From assembly GCA_964016885.1 (NCBI GenBank), contig OZ024744.1, forward strand, positions 11,470,001 through 11,534,000: DNA of 64,000 bases. Reading direction: 5' to 3'. Below the pieces are notes generated by a model, which saw nothing but the letters and a program-made list of their open reading frames with translations, ran no database searches and was not told the origin of the DNA. The position numbers and the translations under genes were made by a program. How positions within the stretch are numbered: position 1 is the first letter of the stretch; every line of letters begins with the position of its first letter. The DNA comes from Eledone cirrhosa (taxonomy: Eukaryota). Below, in pieces: positions 28,401 to 42,200 of this stretch.

Positions 28401-29700
28401 GTTGTTATACTCCAATATGTTATAATGTTGTACTCCAATATATTGTGTTGTTGTACTCCAATATGTTGTGTTGCTGTACTCCAATATGTTGTGTCGTTGT
28501 ACTCCAATACGTTGTGTTGTTGTACTCCAATATGTTGTGTTGTTGTACTCCAATATGTTGTTATACTCCAATATGTCATGTTGTCGTACTCCAATATTTC
28601 GTGTTGTTGTACTCCAATATGTCATGGTGTTGTACTCCAATATGTTGTGTTGTTGTACTCCAATATGTTGTGTTGTTGTACTCCAATATGTCGTGTTGTT
28701 GTACTCCAATATGTCGTGTTGTTGTACTCCAATATGTTGTGTTGTTGTACTCCAATATGTTGTGTTGTTGTACTCCAATATGTTGTGTTGTTATACTCCA
28801 ATATGTTATGTTGTCGTACTCCAATATGTCATGTTATACTCCAATATGTTTTGATGCTGTACTCCAATATGTTGTGTTGTTGTACTACAATATGTTGTGT
28901 TGTTGTACTCCAATATGTTGTGTTGTTATACTCCAATATGTTGTGCTGTTGTACTCCAATATGTTGTGTTGTTATACTCCAATATGTAGTGTTGTTATAC
29001 TCCAATATGTTGTGTTGTTGTACTCCAATCTGTTGTGTTGTTATACTCCAATATATTGTGTTGTTATACTCCAATATGTTGTGTTGTTTTACTCCAATAT
29101 GTTGTGTTGTTGTACTCCAATATGTTGTATTGTTGTTCTCCAATATGTCATGTTATGCTCCAATAAGTTGTGTTCTTGTACTCCAATATGTTGTGTTGTT
29201 GTACTCCAATATGTTGTGTTGTTGTACTCCAATATGTCATGTTATACTCCAATATGTCGTTGTTATACTCCAATATGTCATGATGTTGTACTCCAATATG
29301 TCGTGTTCTTGTACTCCAATATGTCGTGTTGTCGTACTCCAATATGTTGTGTTGTTGTACTCCAATATGTTGTGCTGTTGTACTCCAATATGTTTGTTGT
29401 TGTACTCCAATACGTTGTGTTGTTATACTCCAATATGTTGTGTTGTTGTACTCCAATATTTCGTGTTGTTGTACTCCAATACGTCGTGTTGTACTCCAAT
29501 ATGTTGTGTTGTTATACTCCAATATGTTATGTTGTTGTACTCCAATGTGTCTTGTTGTTGTACTCCAATATGTTTTGATGTTGTACTCCAATATGTTGTG
29601 TTGTTGTACTCCAATATGTTTTGATGTTGTACTCCAATATGTTGTGTTGTTGTACTCCAATATGTTGTGTAGTCGTATTCCAATATGTTGTGTTGTTGTA
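22408..29700. repeat. Higher-order repeat period 2 (7,293 bp; shortened by the 16,850-bp duplication junction at ~28,680)
   Basis: Marker at 22408 and 29701. This period lacks the GTCATAGGGG module and the TCGAAT triplet, and switches to 11,83x-type sequence at 28673-28691. Confidence 0.9.
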
Positions 29701-32700
29701 CTCTAACATGTTTTGTTGTTATTCTCCAATATGTTGTGATGTTGTACTCCAATGTGTTGTGTTGTTGTACTCCAATGTGATGTGTTGTTGTACTCCAATA
29801 TGTTGTGCTGTTGTACTCCAATATTTTTTGTTTTTTGTACTCCAAAATGTTGTGTTGTTATACTCCAATATGTTGTGTTGTTATACTCCAATATGGTGTG
29901 TTGTTGTACTCCAATATGTTGTATTGTTTTCTCCAATATGTCATGTTATACTCCAATATGGTGTGTTCGTGTACTCCAATATGTTGTGTTATTGTACTCC
30001 AATATGTTGCGTTGTTGTACTCCAATATGTTGTGTTGTTATACTCCAATATGTCGTGTGGCTGTACTCCAATATGTCATGTTGTTGTACTCCAATATGTC
30101 TTGTTATAGTCCAATATGTCGTGTTGTTGTACTCCAATATATCATGTAGTTGTACTCCAATATTTCGTGTTGTTGTACCCCAATATGTAGTGGTGTTTAT
30201 ACTCCAATATATTTTGCTGTTGTACTCCAATATGTTGTGTTGCTGTACTCCTATATGTTGTGTTGTTATTCTCCAATATGTTGTGCTGTTGTACTCCAAT
30301 GTGTTGTGTTGTTATACTCCAATGTGTTGTGTTGTTATACTCCAATATGTTGTGTTGTTGTAGTCCAATATGTTGTGTTGTCGTACTCCAATATGTTGTG
30401 TTGTTATACTCCAATATTTCGTGTGGTTGTACTCCAGTATGTCATGGTGTTGTACTTCAATATGTCGTGTTGTTGTACTCCAATATGTTGTCTTGTTGTA
30501 CTCCAATCTGTTGTATTGTTGTACTTCAATATGTTCTGTTGTTGTACTCCAATATATTGTGTTGTTGTACTCCAATATGTTGTGTTATTGTACTCCAATA
30601 TGCTGTGTTGTTGTACTCCAATATGTTGTGTTGTTGTACTCCAATATGTTGTGTTGTTGTACTCCAATATGTTGTGTTCTTATACTCCAATATGTTGTGT
30701 TGTTATACTCCAATATGTTGTGTTGTTGTACTCCAATATGTTGTGATGTTGTACTCCAATATGATGTGCTGTTATACTCCAATATGTTGTGTTGTTGTAC
30801 TCCAATGTGTTGTGTTGTTGTACTCCAATATGTTGTGCCGTTGTACTCCAATATTTTTTTGTTTTTGTACTCCAAAATGTTGTGTTGTTATACTCCAATA
30901 TGTTGTGTTGGTGTACTCCAATATGGTGTGCTGTTGTACTCCAAATCTCGTGTTGTTATACTCCAATGTGTTGTGTTGTTATACTCCAATATGGTGTGTT
31001 GTTGAACTCCAATATGTTGTATTGTTTTTCTCCAATATGTCATGTTATACTCCAATATGTCGTGTTGCTGTACTCCAATATGTCATGCTGTTGTACTCCA
31101 ATATGTTTTGCTGTTGTACTCCACCGTGTTGTGTTGTTGAACTCCAATACGTTGTGTTGTTGTTCTCCAATATTTTGTGCTGTTGTACTCCAATTTGTGT
31201 TGTTGTACTCCAATATGTTGTGTTGTTGTACTCCAATATGTTGTGTTGTTGTACTCCAATATGTTGTGTTGTTATACTCCAATATGTTGTGCTGTTGTAC
31301 TCCAATATTTCGTGTTGTTGTACTCCAATACGTCGTGTTGTTGTACTCCAATATGTTTTGATGTTGTACTCAAATATGTTGTGTTGTTGTACTCCAATAT
31401 GTTTTGATGTTGTACTCCAATATGTTGTGTTGTTGTACTCCAATATGATGTGATGTTGTACTCCAATATGATGTGGTGTTGTACTCCAATGCGTTGTGTT
31501 GTTGTACTCCAATGTGATGTGTTGTTGTACTCCAATATGTTGTGCCATTGTACTCCAATATTTTTTATATTTGTACTCCAATATGTTGTGTTGTTATACT
31601 CCAATATGTTGTGCTGTTGTACTCCAAATCTCGTGTTGTTATACTCCAATGTGTTGTGTTGTTATACTCCAATATGGTGTGTTGTTGTAGTCCAATATGT
31701 TGTATTGTTTTTTTCCAATATGTCATGTTATACTCCAATATGTTGTGTTCGTGTACTCCAATATGTTGTGTTATTGTACTCCAATATGTTGCGTTGTTGT
31801 ACTCCAATATGTTGTGTTGTTATACTCCAATATGTTGTGTTGTTGTACTGCAATATGTTGTCTTGTTGTACTCCAAAAGGCCATGTTATCGTACTCCAAT
31901 ATGTCTTGTTATACTCCAATATGTCGTGTGGCTGTACTCCAATATGTCATGTTGTTGTACTCCAATATGTCTTGTTATAGTCCAATATGTCGTGTTGTTG
32001 TACTCCAATATGTCATGTAGTTGTATTCCAATATTTCGTGTTGTTGTACCCCAATATGTCGTGTTGTTTATACTCCAATATGTTTTGCTGTTGTACTCCA
32101 ATATGTTGTGTTGCTGTATTCCAATATGTTGTGTTGTTATTCTCCAATATGTTGTGCTGTTGTACTCCAATGTGTTATGTTGTTATACTCCAATATGTTG
32201 TGCTGTGCTACTCCAATATATTGTGTTGTTGTACTCCAATGTGTTGTGTTGTTATACTCCAATATGTTGTGTTGATTTACTCCAATATGTTGTGTTGTTG
32301 TACTCCAATGTGATGTGTTGCTGTACTCCAATATGTTGTGCTGTTGTACTCCAATATTTTTTGTTTTTTGTACTCCAATATGTTGTGTTGTTATACTCCA
32401 ATATGTTGTGTTGTTATACTCCAATATGGTGTGTTGTTGTACTCCAATATGTTGTATTGTTTTCTCCAATATGTCATGTTATACTCCAATATGGTGTGTT
32501 CGTGTACTCCAATATGTTGTGTTATTGTACTCCAATATGTTGCGTTGTTGTACTCCAATATGTTGTGTTGTTATACTCCAATATGTCGTGTGGCTGTACT
32601 CCAATATGTCATGTTGTTGTACTCCAATATGTCTTGTTATAGTCCAATATGTCGTGTTGTTGTACTCCAATATATCATGTAGTTGTACTCCAATATTTCG

Positions 32701-35700
32701 TGTTGTTGTACCCCAATATGTAGTGTTGTTTATACTCCAATATGTTTTGCTGTTGTACTCCAATATGTTGTGTTGTTGTACTCCAATCTGTTTTGTTGTT
32801 ATACTCCAATATGTTGTGTTGTTATACTCCAATATGTTGTGTTGTTTTACTCCAATATGTTGTGTTGTTGTACTCCAATATGTTGTGTTGTTGTACTCCA
32901 ATATGTTGTGTTGTTGTAATCCAATATCTTGTGTTGTTATACTCCAATATGTTGTGTTGTTGTACTCCAATATGTTGTGTTGTTGTACTCCAATGTGTTA
33001 TGTTGTTATACTCCAATATGTTGTGCTGTGCTACTCCAATATAGTGTGTTGTTGTACTCCAATGTGTTGTGTTGTTATACTCCAATATGTTGTGTTGATT
33101 TACTCCAATATGTTGTGTTGTTGTACTCCAATCTGTTGTGTTGTTATACTCCAATATGTTGTGTTGTTATACTCCAATATGTTGTGTTGTTTTACTCCAA
33201 TATGTTGTGTTGTTGTACTCCAATATGTCATGTTGCTGTACTCCAACATGTCGTGTTGTAGTACTCCAATATGTTTTGATGTTGTACTCCAATATGTTGT
33301 GTTGTTGTACTCCAATATGTTGTGTTGTTGTACTCCAATATGTTGTGTTGTTGTACTCCAATATGTTGTGTTGTTATACTCCAATATGTTGTGCTGTTGT
33401 ACTCCAATATGTCATGTTGTTGTACTCCAATATTTCGTGTTGTTCTACTCCAATATTTCGTGTTGTTGTACTCCAATATGTCGTGGTGTTGTACTCCAAT
33501 ATGTTTTGATGTTGTACTCCAATATGTCGTGTTGTTGTACTCCAATATGTTGTGTTGTTGTACTCCAATATGCTGTGTTGTTATACTCCTATATGTTGTG
33601 CTGTTGTACTTCAATATGTTGTGTTCTACTCCAATATGTTGTGTTGTTATACTCCAATATGTTGTGTTGTTGTACTCCAATATGTTGTGTTGTTGTACTC
33701 CAATATGTGATGTTGTTGTACTCCAATATGTCGTATTGTTGTACTCCAATATATTGTGTTGTTATACTCCAATATTTCGTGTTGTTTTAGTCCAATATGT
33801 CATGTTGTTTTACTCCAATATTTCGTGTTGTTGTACTCCAATATGTCATGGTGTTGTACTTCAATATGTCGTATTGTTGTACTCCAATATGTTGTGTTGT
33901 TGTTCTCCAATATGTCGTGTTGTTATACTCCAATATGTTATGATGTTGTACTCCAATATATTGTGTTGTTGTACTCCAATATGTTGTGTTGCTATACTCC
34001 AATATGTTGTGTCGTTGTACTCCAATATGTTGTGTTGTTGTACTCCAATATGTTGTGTTGTTGTACTCCAATATGTTGTTGTACTCCAATATGCCATGTT
34101 GTTATACTCCAATATGTCGTGGTGTTGTACTCCAATATGTCATGTTGTTGTACTCCAATATTTCGTGTTGTTGTACTCCAATATGTCATAAGGGTTGTAC
34201 TCCAATATGGTGTGTTGTTGTACTCCAATATGCTGTGTTGCTGTACTCCAATAGGTTGTGTTGTTGTACTCCAATATGCTGTGTTGGCTGTGCTCCAATA
34301 CGTTGTGTTGTTGTACTCCAATATGTTGTGCTGCTGTACTCCAATATGTTGTGTTGTTGAACTCCAATATGTTGTGTTGTTGTACTCCAATATGTTGTGT
34401 TGTTGTACTCCAATCTATATCGCTGTTGTACTCCAATATGTTGTGTTGTTGTACTCCAATATGTTGTGCTGTTGTACTCCAATATGTTGTGCTGTTGTAC
34501 TCCAATATTTTGTGTTGTTATACTCCAATATATTGTGTTGTTATACTCCAATATGTTGTGTTGTTGTACTCCAAAATATTGTGTTGTTATACTCCAATAT
34601 GTTGTGTTGTTATACTCCAATATGTTGTGCTGTTATACTCCAATATGTTGTGTTGTTGTACTCCAATATGTTGTTTTGTTTTCTCCAATATGTCATGTTA
34701 TACTCCAATAAGTTGTGTTCTTGTACTCCAATATGTTGTGTTGTTGTACTCCAATATATCATGTTGTCGTACTCCAATATGTCATGTTATACTCCAATAT
34801 GTCATTGTTGTACTCCAATATGTCGTGTTGTTGTACTCCAATATGTCGTGCTGTTGTACTCCAATATGCTGTGTTGTTATACTCCAATATGTTGTGTTGT
34901 TGTACTCCAATATGTTGTGTTGTTATACTCCAATATGTTGTGTTGTTGTACTCCAATATGTCATGTTGTTATACTCCAATATGTTGCGTTGTTGTACTCC
35001 AATATATCATGTTGTCGTACTCCAATATGTTTTGATGTTGTACTCCAATATGTTGTGTTGTTGTACTCCAATATGTTGTGTAGTCGTACTCCAATATGTT
35101 GTGTTGTTGTACTCCAATATGCTGTGATGTTGTACTCCAATATGATGTGCTGTTGTACTCCAATGCGTTGTGTTGTTGTACTCCAATATGCTGTGTTGTT
35201 ATACTCCAATATGTTGTGTTGTTATACTCCAATCTGTTGTGTTGTTATACTCCAATATATTGTGTTGTTATACTCCAATATGTTGTGTTGTTTTACTCCA
35301 ATATGTTGTGTTGTTGTACTCCAATATCTTGTATTGTTGTTCTCCAATATGTCATGTTATACTCCAATAAGTTGTGTTCTTGTACTCCAATATGTTGTGT
35401 TGTTGTACTCCAATATGTTGTGTTGTTGTACTCCAATATATCATGTTGTCGTACTCCAATATGTCATGTTATACTCCAATGTGTCATTGTTGTACTCCAA
35501 TATGTCGTGTTGTTGTACTCCAATATGTCGTGTTGTTGTACTCCAATATGTTGTGTTGTTGTACTCCAATATGTTGTGTTGTTGTACTCCAATATGTTGT
35601 GTTGTTATACTCCAATATGTTATGTTGTTGTACTCCAATATGTCATGTTGTTGTACTCCAATATGTTTTGATGTTGTACTCCAATATGTCGTGTTGTTAT

Positions 35701-38700
35701 ACTCCAATATGTTATGATGTTGTACTCCAATATATTGTGTTGTTGTACTCCAATATGTTGTGTTGCTGTACTCCAATATGTTGTGTCGTTGTACTCCAAT
35801 ACGTTGTGTTGTTGTACTCCAATATGTTGTGTTGTTGTACTCCAATATGTTGTTATACTCCAATATGTCATGTTGTCGTACTCCAATATTTCGTGTTGTT
35901 GTACTCCAATATGTCATGGTGTTGTACTCCAATATGTTGTGTTGTTGTACTCCAATATGTTGTGTTGTTGTACTCCAATATGTTGTGTTGTTGTACTCCA
36001 ATATGTTGTGTTGTTGTACTCCAATATGTTGTGTTGTTGTACTCCAATATGTTGTGTTGTTGTACTCCAATATGCCATGTTGTTATACTCCAATATGTGG
36101 TGGTGTTGTACTCCAATATGTCATGTTGTTGTACTCCAATATTTCGTGTTGTTGTACTCCAATATGTCATAGGGGTTGTACTCCAATATGCTGTGTTGCT
36201 GTACTCCAATAGGTTGTGTTGTTGTACTCCAATATGTTGTGCTGCTGTACTCCAATATGTTGTGTTGTTGTACTCCAATATGTTGTGTTGTTGTACTCCA
36301 ATATGTTGTGTTGTTGTACTCCAATCTATATCGCTGTTGTACTCCAATATGTTGTGTTGTTGTACTCCAATATGTTGTGCTGTTGTACTCCAATATGTTG
36401 TGTTGTTGTACTCCAATATTTTGTGCTGTTATACTCCAATATATTGTGTTGTTATACTCCAATATGTTGTGTTGTTGTACTCCAAAATATTGTGTTGTTA
36501 TACTCCAATATGTTGTGTTGTTATACTCCAATAAGTTGTGCTGTTATACTCCAATATGTTGTGTTGTTGTACTCCAATATGTTGTGCTGTTATACTCCAA
36601 TATTTTGTGTTGTTATACTCCAATATGTGGTATTTTTGTACTCCAATATGTTGTGCTGTTGTACTCCAATATGTTGTGTTGTTATACTCCAACATGTTGT
36701 GTTGTTATACTCCAATATGTTGTGTTGTTATACTCGAATATGTTGTGTTGTTATACTCGAATATCTTGTGTTGTTATACTCGAATATGTTGTGCTGTTGT
36801 ACTCCAATATGTCGTGTTGTTGTACTCCAATATATCATGTAGTTGTACTCCAATATTTCGTGTTGTTGTACCCCAATATGTAGTGTTGTTTATACTCCAA
36901 TATGTTTTGCTGTTGTACTCCAATATGTTGTGTTGCTGTACTCCTATATGTTGTGTTGTTATTCTCCAATATGTTGTGCTGTTGTACTCCAATGTGTTGT
37001 GTTGTTATACTCCAATATGTTGTGTTGATTTACTCCAATATGTTGTGTTGTTGTACTCCAATATGCTGTGTTGTTATACTCCAATGTGTTGTGTTGTTAT
37101 ACTCCAATATGTTGTGTTGTTGTAGTCCAATATGTTGTGTTGTCGTACTCCAATATGTTGTGTTGTTATACTCCAATATTTCGTGTGGTTGTACTCCAAT
37201 ATGTCATGGTGTTGTACTTCAATATGTCGTGTTGTTGTACTCCAATATGTTGTCTTGCTGTACTCCAATATGTTGTGTTGTTGTACTCCAATATCTTGTG
37301 TTCTTATACTCCAATATGTTATGTTGTTATACTCCAATATGTTGTGTTGTTGTACTCCAATATGTTGTGCTGTTTTACTCCAATATGTTGTGTTGTTGTA
37401 CTCCAATATGTTGTATTGTTTTTCTCCAATATGTCATGTTATACTCCAATAAGTTGTGTTCTTGTACTCCAATATGTTGTGTAGTTGTACTCCAATATAT
37501 CATGTTGTCGTACTCCAATATGTCATGTTATACTCCAATATGTCATTGTTGTACTCCAATATGTCGTGTTGTTGTACTCCAATATGTCGTGTTGTTGTAC
37601 TCCAATATGTTGTGTTGTTGTACTCCAATATGTTGTGTTGTTGTACTCCAATATGTTGTGTTGTTATACTCCAATATGTTATGTTGTTGTACTCCAATAT
37701 GTCATGTTGTTGTACTCCAATATGTTTTGATGTTGTACTCCAATATGTTGTGTTGTTGTACTCCAATATGTTTTGATGTTGTAGTCCAATATGTTGTGTT
37801 GTTGTACTCCAATATGTTGTGTAGTCGTACTCCAATATGTTGTGTTGTTGTACTCCAATATGCTGTGATGTTGTACTCCAATATGACGTGCTGTTGTACT
37901 CCAATGCGTTGTGTTGTTGTACTCCAATATGCTGTGTTGTTATACTCCAATATGTTGTGTTGTTGTACTCCAATATGTTGTGTTGTTGTACTCCAATATG
38001 TTGTGTTGTTGTAATCCAATATCTTGTGTAGTTATACTCCAATATGTTGTGCTGTTGTACTCCAATATGTTGAGTTGTTATACTCCAATATGTAGTGTTG
38101 TTATACTCCAATATGTTGTGTTGTTGTACTCCAATCTGTTGCGTTATACTCCAATATGTTGTGTTGTTATACTCCAATATGTTGTGTTGTTATACTCCAA
38201 TATGTTGTGTTGTTTTACTCCAATATGTTGTATTGTTGATCTCCAATATGTCATATTATACTCCAATAAGTTGTGTTCTTGTACTCCAATATGTGTTGTT
38301 GTTGTACTCCAATATGTTGCGTTGTTGTACTCCAATATATCATGTTGTCGTACTCCAATATGTCATGTTATACTCCAATATGTTTTGATGCCGTACTCCA
38401 ATATGTTGTGTTGTTGTACTACAATATGTTGTGTTGTTGTACTCCAATATGTTGTGTTGTTATACTCCAATATGTTGTGCTGTTGTACTCCAATATGTTG
38501 TGTTGTTATACTCCAATATGTAGTGTTGTTATACTCCAATATGTTGTGTTGTTGTACTCCAATCTGTTGTGTTGTTATACTCCAATATATTGTGTTGTTA
38601 TACTCCAATATGTTGTGTTGTTTTACTCCAATATGTTGTGTTGTTGTACTCCAATATGTTGTATTGTTGTTCTCCAATATGTCATGTTATACTCCAATAA

Positions 38701-39257
38701 GTTGTGTTCTTGTACTCCAATATGTTGTGTTGTTGTACTCCAATATGTTGTGTTGTTGTACTCCAATATATCATGTTGTCGTACTCCAATATGTCATGTT
38801 ATACTCCAATATGTCGTTGTTATACTCCAATATGTCATGATGTTGTACTCCAATATGTCGTGTTCTTGTACTCCAATATGTCGTGTTGTCGTACTCCAAT
38901 ATGTTGTGTTGTTGTACTCCAATATGTTGTGCTGTTGTACTCCAATATGTTTGTTGTTGTACTCCAATATGTTGTGTTGTTATACTCCAATATGTTGTGT
39001 TGTTGTACTCCAATATTTCGTGTTGTTGTACTCCAATACGTCGTGTTGTATTCCAATATGTTGTGTTGTTATACTCCAATATGTTATGTTGTTGTACTCC
39101 AATGTGTCTTGTTGTTGTACTCCAATATGTTTTGATGTTGTACTCCAATATGTTGTGTTGTTGTACTCCAATATGTTTTGATGTTGTACTCCAATATGTT
39201 GTGTTGTTGTACTCCAATATGTTGTGTAGTCGTATTCCAATATGTTGTGTTGTTGTA
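29701..39257. repeat. Higher-order repeat period 3 (9,557 bp, near-identical to period 1)
   Basis: Marker at 29701 and 39258. ORFs match period 1 at offset 16850 (16906/33756, 20052/36902). Confidence 0.93.
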
Positions 39258-42200
39258 CTCTAACATGTTTTGTTGTTATTCTCCAATATGTTGTGATGTT
39301 GTACTCCAATGTGTTGTGTTGTTGTACTCCAATGTGATGTGTTGTTGTACTCCAATATGTTGTGCTGTTGTACTCCAATATTTTTTGTTTTTTGTACTCC
39401 AAAATGTTGTGTTGTTATACTCCAATATGTTGTGTTGTTATACTCCAATATGGTGTGTTGTTGTACTCCAATATGTTGTATTGTTTTCTCCAATATGTCA
39501 TGTTATACTCCAATATGGTGTGTTCGTGTACTCCAATATGTTGTGTTATTGTACTCCAATATGTTGCGTTGTTGTACTCCAATATGTTGTGTTGTTATAC
39601 TCCAATATGTCGTGTGGCTGTACTCCAATATGTCATGTTGTTGTACTCCAATATGTCTTGTTATAGTCCAATATGTCGTGTTGTTGTACTCCAATATATC
39701 ATGTAGTTGTACTCCAATATTTCGTGTTGTTGTACCCCAATATGTAGTGGTGTTTATACTCCAATATATTTTGCTGTTGTACTCCAATATGTTGTGTTGC
39801 TGTACTCCTATATGTTGTGTTGTTATTCTCCAATATGTTGTGCTGTTGTACTCCAATGTGTTGTGTTGTTATACTCCAATGTGTTGTGTTGTTATACTCC
39901 AATATGTTGTGTTGTTGTAGTCCAATATGTTGTGTTGTCGTACTCCAATATGTTGTGTTGTTATACTCCAATATTTCGTGTGGTTGTACTCCAGTATGTC
40001 ATGGTGTTGTACTTCAATATGTCGTGTTGTTGTACTCCAATATGTTGTCTTGTTGTACTCCAATCTGTTGTATTGTTGTACTTCAATATGTTCTGTTGTT
40101 GTACTCCAATATATTGTGTTGTTGTACTCCAATATGTTGTGTTATTGTACTCCAATATGCTGTGTTGTTGTACTCCAATATGTTGTGTTGTTGTACTCCA
40201 ATATGTTGTGTTGTTGTACTCCAATATGTTGTGTTCTTATACTCCAATATGTTGTGTTGTTATACTCCAATATGTTGTGTTGTTGTACTCCAATATGTTG
40301 TGATGTTGTACTCCAATATGATGTGCTGTTATACTCCAATATGTTGTGTTGTTGTACTCCAATGTGTTGTGTTGTTGTACTCCAATATGTTGTGCCGTTG
40401 TACTCCAATATTTTTTTGTTTTTGTACTCCAAAATGTTGTGTTGTTATACTCCAATATGTTGTGTTGGTGTACTCCAATATGGTGTGCTGTTGTACTCCA
40501 AATCTCGTGTTGTTATACTCCAATGTGTTGTGTTGTTATACTCCAATATGGTGTGTTGTTGAACTCCAATATGTTGTATTGTTTTTCTCCAATATGTCAT
40601 GTTATACTCCAATATGTCGTGTTGCTGTACTCCAATATGTCATGCTGTTGTACTCCAATATGTTTTGCTGTTGTACTCCACCGTGTTGTGTTGTTGAACT
40701 CCAATACGTTGTGTTGTTGTTCTCCAATATTTTGTGCTGTTGTACTCCAATTTGTGTTGTTGTACTCCAATATGTTGTGTTGTTGTACTCCAATATGTTG
40801 TGTTGTTGTACTCCAATATGTTGTGTTGTTATACTCCAATATGTTGTGCTGTTGTACTCCAATATTTCGTGTTGTTGTACTCCAATACGTCGTGTTGTTG
40901 TACTCCAATATGTTTTGATGTTGTACTCAAATATGTTGTGTTGTTGTACTCCAATATGTTTTGATGTTGTACTCCAATATGTTGTGTTGTTGTACTCCAA
41001 TATGATGTGATGTTGTACTCCAATATGATGTGATGTTGTACTCCAATGCGTTGTGTTGTTGTACTCCAATGTGATGTGTTGTTGTACTCCAATATGTTGT
41101 GCCATTGTACTCCAATATTTTTTATATTTGTACTCCAATATGTTGTGTTGTTATACTCCAATATGTTGTGCTGTTGTACTCCAAATCTCGTGTTGTTATA
41201 CTCCAATGTGTTGTGTTGTTATACTCCAATATGGTGTGTTGTTGTAGTCCAATATGTTGTATTGTTTTTTTCCAATATGTCATGTTATACTCCAATATGT
41301 TGTGTTCGTGTACTCCAATATGTTGTGTTATTGTACTCCAATATGTTGCGTTGTTGTACTCCAATATGTTGTGTTGTTATACTCCAATATGTTGTGTTGT
41401 TGTACTGCAATATGTTGTCTTGTTGTACTCCAAAAGGCCATGTTATCGTACTCCAATATGTCTTGTTATACTCCAATATGTCGTGTGGCTGTACTCCAAT
41501 ATGTCATGTTGTTGTACTCCAATATGTCTTGTTATAGTCCAATATGTCGTGTTGTTGTACTCCAATATGTCATGTAGTTGTATTCCAATATTTCGTGTTG
41601 TTGTACCCCAATATGTCGTGTTGTTTATACTCCAATATGTTTTGCTGTTGTACTCCAATATGTTGTGTTGCTGTATTCCAATATGTTGTGTTGTTATTCT
41701 CCAATATGTTGTGCTGTTGTACTCCAATGTGTTATGTTGTTATACTCCAATATGTTGTGCTGTGCTACTCCAATATATTGTGTTGTTGTACTCCAATGTG
41801 TTGTGTTGTTATACTCCAATATGTTGTGTTGATTTACTCCAATATGTTGTGTTGTTGTACTCCAATGTGATGTGTTGCTGTACTCCAATATGTTGTGCTG
41901 TTGTACTCCAATATTTTTTGTTTTTTGTACTCCAATATGTTGTGTTGTTATACTCCAATATGTTGTGTTGTTATACTCCAATATGGTGTGTTGTTGTACT
42001 CCAATATGTTGTATTGTTTTCTCCAATATGTCATGTTATACTCCAATATGGTGTGTTCGTGTACTCCAATATGTTGTGTTATTGTACTCCAATATGTTGC
42101 GTTGTTGTACTCCAATATGTTGTGTTGTTATACTCCAATATGTCGTGTGGCTGTACTCCAATATGTCATGTTGTTGTACTCCAATATGTCTTGTTATAGT

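Noticed and set aside
22408-29700. Simple 2.26-kb deletion in HOR period 2
   Set aside because: Sequence after 28,681 carries alleles of 11,831-12,850 (TTATGCTCC, GATGCTG), so it is the junction of the 16,850-bp duplication.
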